A stretch of DNA of 58,647 nucleotides from a virus (Duplodnaviria > Caudoviricetes). Of the stretch, positions 11,312 through 21,315 are shown one piece after another (position 1 is the first letter of the stretch; each line of letters begins with the position of its first letter). The position numbers were made by a program, and so were the translations under genes. The notes under the pieces are model-generated. The model saw only the letters and a program-made list of their open reading frames with translations. It ran no database searches and was not told the origin of the DNA. The DNA lies in the IMG/VR virus record IMGVR_UViG_3300046170_000213, positions 1-58,647 of that record; one strand, 5' to 3'.

Positions 11312-12449
11312 TCAATCATATATCTCCAGCATGTCTGCTAGTCCGCCGTTCATATAATCAGTTCTTCCTCTACCAGTTCTATTACTTACAGGTCCACCAG
11401 TTGTTGCACCTACACCAAACCCTAAGTTTCCTGCCCCCTATGGCATCACCGCTATAAGATTGTTGACCATCACTGCCTTGCCCGTAATTAGTTGATCCAT
11501 GTATACCAGAGTCATAGTCCTGTTTTCCTAAATTTTTAATTCTTTCTATTTCTGCTAATCTAGCTGCTTCTTTTTGAGCAGCTATTTTTTCATCAAATGC
11601 TTGTTGTTTTATTTGTTTTTGTCTAAAAGCATATTTTTTTCTCATCATTGTGGTATTTTTATTTGCTAAAGCTGCTAATTCTTCATCATCACTTTCAAAC
11701 AAACCTGTTTCAGGATTAAATTGTGCACCATATTTTTCAGATAACCTACCTGTTAAACTATCTTCAAGACCACTAAAATCATCTCTGACTTTTTCTGCAT
11801 AGTTACCAAATGCAGATCTAACATTTACTCCAAAAGGATCTACGTAACCTCCTCCAGTGTTTTCACCAAATACTGTTGGACCCCTATAGCCCATACTTTG
11901 TTTTATAAATTGTTGATCTAATGCAGGTAGTGTATCAAATTTATCCATTGATCCTAAAATAGCACTAATAGGACCTATACTACCAAATTTATCTTTTAAA
12001 CTAGATAGACCTTGTCCAACATTTTCAAACCCTTGTTGTATCTTACCGGCTTTAGTCAGCTCTAAAGGAACGTCTGTACCAGATGCAATGTACTCACCCA
12101 TGTCTGGTCCAGTTAATTGTTGTTCTTTATAACTTGGAAAACCCATAAAAGTTTTATCGAGTTTACTTTGATACAGATCATTAACTAATGGTGTTGGTTG
12201 TCTTTTTGCATATGCATCAAAACCAGCTTTTGCAAAACTATCATAGTTTATACCACCAGCTTGTAAAGCTCCACCACCGCCACCACCTTGTGATTGATAT
12301 ATAGCAGGTATACCTGCAGGAACTTCATCAGGATTAGTTGGTTGATTTACAGTATAAGGCGCAGCTCTAAATCGTTCTTGCGGTATGAAAAAATCACCCG
12401 CAGCGTATATGTCTTTATCTACCTGGTTATAAAATCCTGGTGGTAACAC
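11312..12449 (-). CDS. Putative virion protein (frameshift ~11435)
   Basis: ORF 11382..12449 continues in another frame GNLGFGVGATTGG..RTDYMNGGLADMLEIYD* ending 11312. Confidence 0.6.
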
Positions 12450-12700
12450 TATTTATCCTCATCGGATGCTGCACCTAATGGTGGCATCGCTGCTACTTTA
12501 ATTTTTAATGATCTTGTTATATGTTCTTTTTGAGTAGCTGTTTCAGGATTAGCGATATCATCTTCTGCTTCTTTATCTGAATTGTACTCATGATTAGTTT
12601 GTGTATTTCTTAATACTACTTCTGTTTCACATTTTACAACCGGTACTTTTTTACCGTTTATCATTGTGTATGCTACTTCACTTTCTTCTATAAATGCCAT
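12449..12700 (-). CDS. Hypothetical protein
   Basis: 83 aa ORF coupled to neighbours. Confidence 0.7.
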   Translation of the reverse strand: MAFIEESEVAYTMINGKKVPVVKCETEVVLRNTQTNHEYNSDKEAEDDIANPETATQKEHITRSLKIKVAAMPPLGAASDEDK

Positions 12701-12703
12701 AAT

Positions 12704-13033
12704 TTAATCCCTGTTTATTTCTAATATTGCACAAGTGCCTTCAAATATATCTGCTGTAGCAGCTTGTAACTGTAGTTTATCATTCTCTTCTAACACAATT
12801 GAGCCGTCAGAGATAGACTTAGAATCTCCTGAGTTTACAGTATGTTCAGCAAATTGAAAAGCAGTTGTTGCTGAATTATCGTATAGAAAAGCTTTTATTT
12901 CCGTGTTTCCACTACCAATATTAGCCGCGTGTATGTTCTGTATTATGGCTCTAGAGTTAGATGGACAAGTATATACATCTATCACTGATGTTGAATTTAA
13001 GTCAAAGTTAGCGTTTTTATATATATTTGCCAT
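12704..13033 (-). CDS. Hypothetical beta-rich tail-associated protein
   Basis: 109 aa; YTCPSN..IVLEENDKL pattern seen in phage tail-module proteins. Confidence 0.7.
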   Translation of the reverse strand: MANIYKNANFDLNSTSVIDVYTCPSNSRAIIQNIHAANIGSGNTEIKAFLYDNSATTAFQFAEHTVNSGDSKSISDGSIVLEENDKLQLQAATADIFEGTCAILEINRD

Positions 13034-13034
13034 A

Positions 13035-13205
13035 TTAATTTCCTGATTTAAACCAAGTAAATCTTTCCGTCTCTTGTTTCAACTCATCTAAAAACGTAGA
13101 GTTTAACTGCTCTACTATAATAGCAATAGATCTATTGATTTGTTTTTGGTTAGACTCATCATATTCTTTTTTTGGTTCTGGTAATCTTACTACTACTTTA
13201 GCCAT
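13035..13205 (-). CDS. Hypothetical protein (56 aa)
   Basis: MAKVVVRLPEPKKEYDESNQ..FTWFKSGN*; TAATG overlap with the upstream gene. Confidence 0.7.
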   Translation of the reverse strand: MAKVVVRLPEPKKEYDESNQKQINRSIAIIVEQLNSTFLDELKQETERFTWFKSGN

Positions 13206-15143
13206 TATCTTCTACCATCCGGTTGTATATCTAGTCTCATAGTTCCGAATCTCCAAGATTCTGATGCACTATCATTTTCTATTTTTATATTAACAAACCG
13301 ACCCCTTGCTCTTGTATCTTTTTTTTCTGTAGAAGTAGTAATTGTAAATGGACTCAAAGCTGTTGTTGTTTGTGAATCGGATGGATATCTTTTAACTGCA
13401 AGTGTTACTTTTGCATTACCTGCAAGATCTTTAAAGTCAGGTAAGAATCTTCTAACTGCTAAGAATACATCACCTGCTATAGAATAAGACTGACCTCTTT
13501 GTGCTTGTTGTAGATCGTAGTCATAAGATTGTATAAACGATGTAACTGTTGTTGTACTACCATCGGGGTTTACCTGATCTGTACCTACTTCATGTTCGAA
13601 TAAAGTAGTTTGCCCGAGCCCTGATTCTCCAACAATGATTGGAAATGTTCCAGTAGCGCTATCATTAAATTTAGTTGCAATAGGGTTGGGGTATACGGTT
13701 GCATCAATCCAAGATGTTCTAGCTTCAGTTCCAATATACCAAACCGGTCCCGATCTATTATTACTTTCACCATAGTTAAAAATAACGTATTGATCATTAT
13801 ACTCAGAGTTTGTTGATGGGTAATACCAAGTTACTTCTGTATACTGGTTATTTAAACCGGCATATACTTGTTGCCCTTTAGTAGTATCTGCTTGATCATA
13901 AACATAGTCTTCAACAGTACAAGGTAGAGATTTAACAGTACCATCAAATGCAAAAAAACCATTTGTAGACATCCAATAGGCTACACCATCTATTTCAACC
14001 GCTGCATTTTTACCAATCAATCCACAGTTAGTACCAACTTGTTCAAATCCAAAGGTAAAAGGTGCGCCAATAAATTTCATCGTGTACAATGCATTGTCAG
14101 TCCAAACTAGAATTGATTCTTTTGCTTTTAAGGCACCTATAATTTTTGTACCATCTTGTAATCTTTGTGTACCTGCAGAGTTAATTGCAGTTACTGTATA
14201 ATCATTTATGTCTTCTTGTTCTGAAAATCTTATAAACATATCATCTTGAGTTGACGGTGTGCCAATAGTTGTTTCAGTTCCTAAATGAATTAAGTGACGT
14301 GTTGTTGGCGATACTAATGTCACCCTTGTTGCAGTTGGATTATTTGTAGTTGCAAAACCTGAAGTAGATGTTGATGCTCTTACAGTTAAAGGATCTGTTG
14401 CTCCAGCATTCCATGTAAATGTTTTACCATTTGCAACTGTTGCAACTAACACTTGACCAAAATTACTTAATGACCATAAGCCAGGTTCTAGTGTTACATC
14501 GGTTGCAGAAGAAGCTTCACCCCATTTACCTGCTCCCCAAGTATCTGTACCCCAACCATAACCATATGACTGTGCTGCAGGACCTACTGTTTCATAAGGT
14601 TTAACTTCTAAACTACCACCTGTTGAAACTGTTGCTGTTGCATTAGAACTTTGTGTAATTGTAAACACACTTGAACTTGTAATACTTGTTACTTGAAATA
14701 ATTTATCTTCAAAATCTGAATTAGAATAACCAGTACCTACCGGTAAAGTTACATTATCTAATAATATAACATCACCTGCTACTAGGTCATGACTTGCTTT
14801 TGTAATAGAACAAACTGCTGAACCTGATGTTGTTGCAAGAGTGCAAGAACTTAATGTAGTTTTTCAAAGGCGTAACATCATAAAGCTGTCCTTCAAAATA
14901 AATAAGTAGAAATTTGTCTGTTCCAATAGCAACATATCTATTACCTGCTAAATCAACAAATGCAAATTCACGTCTTGCAACACCAACAATAGTATCTGTA
15001 ATTAATGAAGACCAACCACCAACTTTTTCTGGTAGCATATATCTAAATCTTACGTTATCGCAGTCAACCCAACGCTGTTCAGCGCCTACTGTTGTATTTT
15101 GTTTGTCAATTCCTGGTAAGAATTGGAAATCAAGAAGAGCCAT
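13205..15143 (-). CDS. Tail nozzle/stabilisation protein (P22 gp10 / tubular B-like; frameshift ~14860)
   Basis: MALLDFQFLPGID..WVDCDNVRFR N-terminus joins a beta-propeller-like ORF ending RARGRF..WRFGTMRLDIQPDGRR. Confidence 0.75.
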
Positions 15144-15153
15144 TATTTAGCCC

Positions 15154-15873
15154 CTATATTTTATCTTTGTAAACCCAGCCTCTAGTTGCATTAACATATA
15201 CTAAAGTAAATGCAGAACCATTAGCTGAAACTACTAAATCTGAACCACTACCTAAAATATTAGAGCTGTTTCTACCGATTGTTAAGTTGTTAGATGCAAG
15301 GTTATTACCGCTGTCTATAAATGTAACTTCATTTCCTACTGCAGGTGATGCTGGTAGATTAATTGTAATTGCAGTACCAATACCGCTCCCTGAAGTATCT
15401 ATCAAAACTTGATCACCATTAACTGTAGTGTATGTAGTAGTTGGTGTGTAGTATCCTTTTGTTTGTAATTTTCCTGTAATATTTGTTCCATCAGAATATA
15501 GAACTGTTGTTGATCCGATAGGTAATGCAACACCTGTTCCTGATACAGTTTTAATTGTAAGTGTATAGTTGCTAGATGATCTAGCTGTAGCGTCTTCTAC
15601 AATAAAGACTCTTTCTGCAGAGTCAGGCATAGTAACTGCTCTATTTCCAGCTAGTGTGCCAGTTAATTTGTAGTATAAATTCTTACCATTTGCTGTAGCA
15701 TGGTTTGCTAAAGATAATGCTACGTCTCCTGAACCTACTGCAAGTGATAAGTATCCTGATGATGCTTGTTCTAATATCTGTAAATTCGTGTTTGTAATAG
15801 TGCCCCAGGTTCCTGATTTCTCACCTGTGGTAATTAATTCTAGTTTTAAGTCACTTGACGTACTTGATGCCAT
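15154..15873 (-). CDS. Tail fibre/baseplate-like protein
   Basis: LELITTGEKSGTWG N-terminus; C-terminal TINLPASPAVGNEV..LVYVNATRGW domain shared with the fibres. Confidence 0.7.
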   Translation of the reverse strand: MASSTSSDLKLELITTGEKSGTWGTITNTNLQILEQASSGYLSLAVGSGDVALSLANHATANGKNLYYKLTGTLAGNRAVTMPDSAERVFIVEDATARSSSNYTLTIKTVSGTGVALPIGSTTVLYSDGTNITGKLQTKGYYTPTTTYTTVNGDQVLIDTSGSGIGTAITINLPASPAVGNEVTFIDSGNNLASNNLTIGRNSSNILGSGSDLVVSANGSAFTLVYVNATRGWVYKDKI

Positions 15874-15882
15874 ATATTTCTC

Positions 15883-16200
15883 CTACGGATTATTCGGGTC
15901 AATAGGTACCCAAGTACCTGTTGCTCCTGGAACTATCGGATTCCATGATATCACAGAAACGGTACCAGTTGCAAGGTTTATTCTGTACCCTGATACAGGT
16001 ACTGTTTGATTAACTTTTGTAGTTACATTACCTACAGATATCTCTATCTCAGAGCCTCCTGGTAATATTCTAGCAGAAGCACTAATTCCAACAGTGCCTG
16101 TGCTTACATTAACTCTATTTCCTGATATTGCAACAAATATACTAACTCCACCTGGATCGGCAAATGGTGCTCCGGCAAATGTGCTTCCTCCAAAATACAT
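15883..16200 (-). CDS. Short tail-associated repeat protein (3 repeats)
   Basis: Paralog of 16204..17034 (MxFGGxxFAxAPFADPG start, WxxIVPGAxxTW end). Confidence 0.7.
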   Translation of the reverse strand: MYFGGSTFAGAPFADPGGVSIFVAISGNRVNVSTGTVGISASARILPGGSEIEISVGNVTTKVNQTVPVSGYRINLATGTVSVISWNPIVPGATGTWVPIDPNNP

Positions 16201-16203
16201 ATC

Positions 16204-17034
16204 TTATCCTAATGATGTTTGCACTGGAGTCCAAGTCATATCAGCTCCAGGTACAATACCATCCCATTTTTTAATTAAAACTGTTCCATCAGCAACATTT
16301 AATTGATTTCCTGTTACTAAAGTAGTTGCTTTTGCAACAACAGTCACTGTTCCTGTTGATAAATTTTGTCTATTGGTTGTAACAATTGCTGTAGCATTTG
16401 CTTTTGTAGTGACATCTCCTACAGATATTTCAACTGCGTTTCCTGTAATAGATACATTTGCTTTTGCAACAACAGATACATCACCTGTATCTAAATTAAT
16501 TCTGTTTCCAGTTGTCGAAACATTTGCATCAGCTGTTAAACTAACTGTCCCTGTAGATAAATTTACTCTACTTCCGGTAACACTATATTTAAATGCAAAT
16601 GTAACAGAACCTGTGTCTAAATTAACCCTATTTCCCGTAACAGCAGCAACTGCTTTTCCAATTGTTGTAACATCACTAGTATCTAAATTAAGCCTGTTTC
16701 CTGATACACCAACTACGTCTGCAACATTAACTGTTCCTGTAGTTAGATTAACCCTTTGTCCTGTAACACCAAAATTAGCTGCAGCTGAAACTGTAACAGA
16801 ACCTGTTGCTAATTGTGTTGCAATTCCTGATACACCTATAACATCTGCTACTTGAACATTACCAATTGCTAAATTTAACCTGTTTCCAGTAGGTAGAACT
16901 AAAGCGTCTCCTACAATACCGACGGTGCCTGTCGATTCATTAAGTCTAATTCCTGATACAATCGCTAATGCATTAGGATTAAATCCTGGGTCTGCAAAAG
17001 GTGCTGATGCAAATGAAGTTCCGCCAAAAAACAT
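16204..17034 (-). CDS. Tail-associated repeat protein (11 x 20-22 aa repeats)
   Basis: VTGNRxNLxTGxVxV repeats visible in the translation. Confidence 0.75.
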   Translation of the reverse strand: MFFGGTSFASAPFADPGFNPNALAIVSGIRLNESTGTVGIVGDALVLPTGNRLNLAIGNVQVADVIGVSGIATQLATGSVTVSAAANFGVTGQRVNLTTGTVNVADVVGVSGNRLNLDTSDVTTIGKAVAAVTGNRVNLDTGSVTFAFKYSVTGSRVNLSTGTVSLTADANVSTTGNRINLDTGDVSVVAKANVSITGNAVEISVGDVTTKANATAIVTTNRQNLSTGTVTVVAKATTLVTGNQLNVADGTVLIKKWDGIVPGADMTWTPVQTSLG

Positions 17035-17048
17035 AAATATAAATCCTT

Positions 17049-17086
17049 AAAAGGAGACAGGGGGTATGTGGTGGTGCCCTGCCTCC
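17049..17086 (-). terminator. Probable intrinsic terminator after the oxygenase cluster
   Basis: GGAGGCAGGG-14 nt loop-CCCTGTCTCC-TTTT on - strand. Confidence 0.55.
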
Positions 17087-17100
17087 ATCTAAAGATTATA

Positions 17101-17721
17101 TCATCGTTTAAACCAAGAAGGAAGACCTAAATGAGGACGTTTGTCAAACATATTATCTTTCGCTCCTGGTGTTTTACGGTTGTTATAATGAAGAAATACT
17201 TGAACACATTCTTTACCTTTAAATTTATTTCTCCAATGCTCTAATTCACAACCAGAATATACTAACATATCTCCTGGCTTTAGATCTACTTTAATTCCTT
17301 TTTTACCTACTTCCCCAGATGGCTCTAAATATATTGGCCAATCATCACCACCTAGATTCATAGTAGTTGATATCTCACAGCTAAATCTATCTTTGTGTCT
17401 TTTTAACTCGTCCCCCTTTTTATAAATTCTTGCATACGTGTATGCTGGATATAATTTAAGACCTGTTATTTCTTCCATTTTAGGTTGGCATTTAAGCATT
17501 AAAGTTTCCATAGCTATATTAGAATACTGACTATATGTTTCTGGTATCTGTTCATCCCTACCTTCATAATGACCTATAATATTTTCAAAGGGTGAAATGT
17601 AACGAGCGTTCCTACAAGTATCATAAACTTGTTTTTGCATACTAAAATAATTTGCAACAAAAGCTGCTAGGTCTTTTGATATTGCTTGACGAATGACTGT
17701 ATACTTTTTCTTCTTAAACAT
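17101..17721 (-). CDS. 2OG-Fe(II) oxygenase superfamily protein
   Basis: RHKDRFSCEISTTMNLG (HxD)...LEHWR. Confidence 0.8.
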   Translation of the reverse strand: MFKKKKYTVIRQAISKDLAAFVANYFSMQKQVYDTCRNARYISPFENIIGHYEGRDEQIPETYSQYSNIAMETLMLKCQPKMEEITGLKLYPAYTYARIYKKGDELKRHKDRFSCEISTTMNLGGDDWPIYLEPSGEVGKKGIKVDLKPGDMLVYSGCELEHWRNKFKGKECVQVFLHYNNRKTPGAKDNMFDKRPHLGLPSWFKR

Positions 17722-18346
17722 CTTTAGCCATTTCTTTCGGCACAGCTTGTATATTCCAATGTATAAATCTGAAAGGCTCTTTACCAAAATCTACTGCAAA
17801 TTCGTGTTCCAAGAACCCTGGAAATATAATTAATGTACCTGGTGTAGGTTTAAAATGTATAAGCTCACTACCACCCCATACACCTTTTGAGTCTGGTTTC
17901 ATTTTTAATTTTGTAGCACGAGCACCTGTTCTTGGCTCATGAAATACAGGATAAGAAGTTTTGTCACTACACTTTAAAAAATAAAAACCTGATACGTGTT
18001 GATTCCAATGTACGTGTGCTGAATGATGACCACCACCTTTTTTAGCAAACTCTTGTACCCACATCTCACTAAACATAGTTGTGTACTGTTGCATATCAAA
18101 ACCTTGATGATCTAAATACTCCCAAGACTTTTGACCAATGTAATTTCTAAAATCTAAAAAATCATTGTCAGCTGTTAATGGTGTTGAGTGATATGATCTT
18201 CCAAAATCACCATGCTCTTTAATAAAAGCTTTCTCTCTTGTTCTTGCATCTTTAATATATTTATTAGATGCTTTGTTTAATGATTTTACAAACTCTGGTT
18301 TTTGTTCTGACCAGATAGTTGTATTAAAGTAGTTATTTATAAACAT
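17714..18346 (-). CDS. Putative 2OG-Fe(II) oxygenase (TIGR02466-like)
   Basis: HSAHVH..VSGFYFL..LIIFPGFLEHE. Confidence 0.85.
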   Translation of the reverse strand: MFINNYFNTTIWSEQKPEFVKSLNKASNKYIKDARTREKAFIKEHGDFGRSYHSTPLTADNDFLDFRNYIGQKSWEYLDHQGFDMQQYTTMFSEMWVQEFAKKGGGHHSAHVHWNQHVSGFYFLKCSDKTSYPVFHEPRTGARATKLKMKPDSKGVWGGSELIHFKPTPGTLIIFPGFLEHEFAVDFGKEPFRFIHWNIQAVPKEMAKDV

Positions 18347-18976
18347 TATTTAAAAGGCCTTCCTAAATGCCAGACAACAAGACTATATCTTGTGCCTGAT
18401 GTTACGGGTTTAACTCTATGCCAAACAAAAGAAGGAAACACAATAATAGATCCTTTTGGTAAAATCTCTTTTGCTCTTCTTAAATGTTGACTTTCATCTC
18501 TCATATGTGGATCGTAGTTTCTAAAATCAAATTCTAATTCACCACCTTTGTATTCTGAACCATCTGTTAATTGACAAGTCATAGATAGTTTTCGAATTTT
18601 ACCAGTGATCGGGTCCTTCTTTTTCATAAGGTTTATCCCAACCATCACAATGCCAATCATAGTATTGGTTGTGTTTATATTTTGTAAACTGACAAGATTC
18701 TGATCTGTCCCATTCAAAGTTCCAACCAGCTTGTCTATTAGCTTCGTGAACGTATGGGTGTAATTCTTTGTATATCCAAGTATCATTTAACCAAACTAAA
18801 TCAGAGTTTCTTTTTCTTTTTAAATCTTTAACTTCGTCTTTAGATAATTTTCTATCTCCGTAACCACCTGTTCTAGCCATTGTTTCTTCTTGTTGATTAG
18901 CATAAGCTATTACATCATCACAAAACTTTGGTGTTAAAGCTGCAGGAAAATGCCAATAGTAATTAGATATATTCAT
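18346..18976 (-). CDS. 2OG-Fe(II) oxygenase, prolyl-4-hydroxylase-like (frameshift ~18610)
   Basis: YDWHCD..RKLSMTCQL..YKGGEL..FPSFVWHRVKPVTSGTRYSLVVW. Confidence 0.88.
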
Positions 18977-19466
18977 AAGTTATTGTTTGCACAAAGTTTA
19001 ATGAATCTTTTTGTGTATTGGTTAGGTAATACATATTAGTCGATGGAAATAATATGAACATATTGTTTTTAAGTTCTATATCCCAACTTCTTCCTTTACG
19101 TCTGTTATCTTCAAAGTGTATTCGAACAAAACAATCTTTAACTTTTACACCATATAATAATGTAAAGTCTGGAGAGTTACGTAGATCCACCGGATCAATA
19201 TTTAATAAAGGAATAGTTGTTTCCGCAGGTTTATAGATATTTCCCCACGTTGATTTGTTTACTAGATTAATTCCATATTCAAGACCAATGTGATCTCGCA
19301 TATATGTATTTAACATATCCCAAGTTCTTGAGAATGGAAAATCTTTGTTTGAATAAGTTGATTGTAAAATGTCGCCAGTTAATTTATTTCGGTCAATGTC
19401 CCAATACTTAGGCATCTCTACATCACCAAAATATAATGCTTGCTCTGTTAATACTTTCTTCTGCAT
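18963..19466 (-). CDS. Degenerate 2OG-oxygenase-fold (DSBH) protein
   Basis: WGNIYKP..FTLLYGV..FILFPSTNMYY resembles the neighbours but lacks the His ligands. Confidence 0.6.
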   Translation of the reverse strand: MQKKVLTEQALYFGDVEMPKYWDIDRNKLTGDILQSTYSNKDFPFSRTWDMLNTYMRDHIGLEYGINLVNKSTWGNIYKPAETTIPLLNIDPVDLRNSPDFTLLYGVKVKDCFVRIHFEDNRRKGRSWDIELKNNMFILFPSTNMYYLTNTQKDSLNFVQTITYEYI

Positions 19467-19484
19467 ACCACCACCATTTTTAAT

Positions 19485-19934
19485 TTATGCTTTGCTATCT
19501 GTCAAGTCCCAAGATTGATTAGCTTCGTTCCAAACATAACCCCACATATGAGTATCAGCTGTATTTTGTGATTCTTGTTCAGCTGTCAATGCTGGAGCAT
19601 CACCGATTGGTGATTTCCAAGAAGCTGATTCAATATGTTTTACCCAAGATGCATATGGTTTTTTAGGCCAAAAGATTTGATCATCTTCATCCCAAGTATG
19701 ACCTATACCTGCATAATTACCTCTAAAAGGTGTACCACCATCTTTGTGTGTACCACCTGATGTATTGTAAGATGTTTGAATCCACATTTGTGCAGGCCAA
19801 TTATTGTGAGTTTCTAAATACTGTTGTCCTACTGTTTCATCTTCAACGCCATCAGCGTTATGCATATCAGAATTATTCAAAGTTAATACTTGAATAACTT
19901 TACTGTTTGATCCTAGTTTTGCAAAATGTGCCAT
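19485..19934 (-). CDS. Conserved fibre-associated protein (possible assembly chaperone)
   Basis: MAHFAKL..WIQTSYN..FRGNYAGIG..KPYASW family, directly downstream of the Gly-rich fibres. Confidence 0.7.
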   Translation of the reverse strand: MAHFAKLGSNSKVIQVLTLNNSDMHNADGVEDETVGQQYLETHNNWPAQMWIQTSYNTSGGTHKDGGTPFRGNYAGIGHTWDEDDQIFWPKKPYASWVKHIESASWKSPIGDAPALTAEQESQNTADTHMWGYVWNEANQSWDLTDSKA

Positions 19935-19973
19935 AATGTTTCTCCTTATATATTAATTTTAATTATTATTCAA

Positions 19974-21308
19974 CTATTGAAATTTGTACCTTATTATTAC
20001 TATACCTGATCCACCTGCTCCAGCAGAACTAGATACTGGTCCATTTCCACCACCTCCACCACCAGTGTTAGCTGTTCCTGCTGTTCCTGCGCCAGGATAT
20101 CCTCCAGCTCCACCGCCACCAGTTCCACCAGCTTTCGTTGGAAAAGATGCTCCACCTCCACCACCACCAGCAAAAGTTGTTGGAGTTCCGTTAATACTTG
20201 TTGTTGCTCCATTTCCACCGCTTGAATTACCGCATTGAGCAGTTCGACCAACTGCAGTTGCTCCACCACCACCACCTACTCCACATCCACCTGAATGTCT
20301 ATTTCCACCATCATTTCCTTGTGGTGGACTTACAGGTGGTGTATTTCCATCACCTTTGGTATTTCCAGAATTTCCTGATCCACCACCAGATCCACCATTA
20401 GTTCCCGATACGTCAGGCCACCCACCTCCAGCACCACCTCCTGCTGATGTAATTGTTGAAAAAGATGAATTAGATCCTGAATTACCTGGTTTTGAAGGAG
20501 ATCCAGTACTTGGTGCAGATCCTCCAGCACCTACTACTATTGGATAACCTTGTGCTGATACCGGTAAATTATATGTTGGACCTGATGTTGCATTTAATGG
20601 ACTAGCTGTGTAACTATCTGTTGCTGCTTTAGATTCTCTAAAACCTCCAGCTCCACCTCCAGCTCCTAAAGCATCTCCTAATCCACCCGATGCTCCTCCA
20701 GCTACTACCATATATGAAACTGTGTTTGATCCAAAAGGATTACCTGTTGAACATACAGTAAAAGTTCCTGGTCCTGTGAATGTATGAATTTTAAAATCTC
20801 CAGAAGTTGTTATTGTACCACCTGTTGCTGTAACATATTGTGCTGTAGGTACTTCGTCTTGTAAACCTGAATCTGTTACTAACCAACCTTGTGTTGAATC
20901 TATAAAAACTAATGTAACCGCTAGTCCTTCTGTACTTAAAGTTGCATTAACTGTTGAACCACCAATTTTGTCTGAACCATTTTGAACTAACGTTACTGCA
21001 TTTGAATCAAAAGTATTTGCATAATCTTTAAATCCAACAACTGCTCCTGCAGTTCCCGCTGGAAGATTAACTGACATTGCACCACCTGTTGTATTTACAA
21101 AATATCCTTCACCAGCAACTGCTGTAAAACCAGATGTTTTAACTGTTGTATTCCAAGACACAGCACCTGTTGCACCAAAACCTGATGCAGTACCACTGTT
21201 AGTTATGGATACACCAGCAGGAATTGTAATAGTGTCACCACTATCTCCTAACTGAACTGTACCACAATTTGTTCTTGGACTAATTTTATTTACTTTTACT
21301 TCACTCAT
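19974..21308 (-). CDS. Glycine-rich tail fibre/receptor-binding protein (paralog 3)
   Basis: ATGGTITTSGDFKIHTFTGPGTF, poly-Gly repeats, GGSGIVIIRYKFQ end. Confidence 0.8.
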   Translation of the reverse strand: MSEVKVNKISPRTNCGTVQLGDSGDTITIPAGVSITNSGTASGFGATGAVSWNTTVKTSGFTAVAGEGYFVNTTGGAMSVNLPAGTAGAVVGFKDYANTFDSNAVTLVQNGSDKIGGSTVNATLSTEGLAVTLVFIDSTQGWLVTDSGLQDEVPTAQYVTATGGTITTSGDFKIHTFTGPGTFTVCSTGNPFGSNTVSYMVVAGGASGGLGDALGAGGGAGGFRESKAATDSYTASPLNATSGPTYNLPVSAQGYPIVVGAGGSAPSTGSPSKPGNSGSNSSFSTITSAGGGAGGGWPDVSGTNGGSGGGSGNSGNTKGDGNTPPVSPPQGNDGGNRHSGGCGVGGGGGATAVGRTAQCGNSSGGNGATTSINGTPTTFAGGGGGGASFPTKAGGTGGGGAGGYPGAGTAGTANTGGGGGGNGPVSSSAGAGGSGIVIIRYKFQ

Positions 21309-21315
21309 AATTTAC

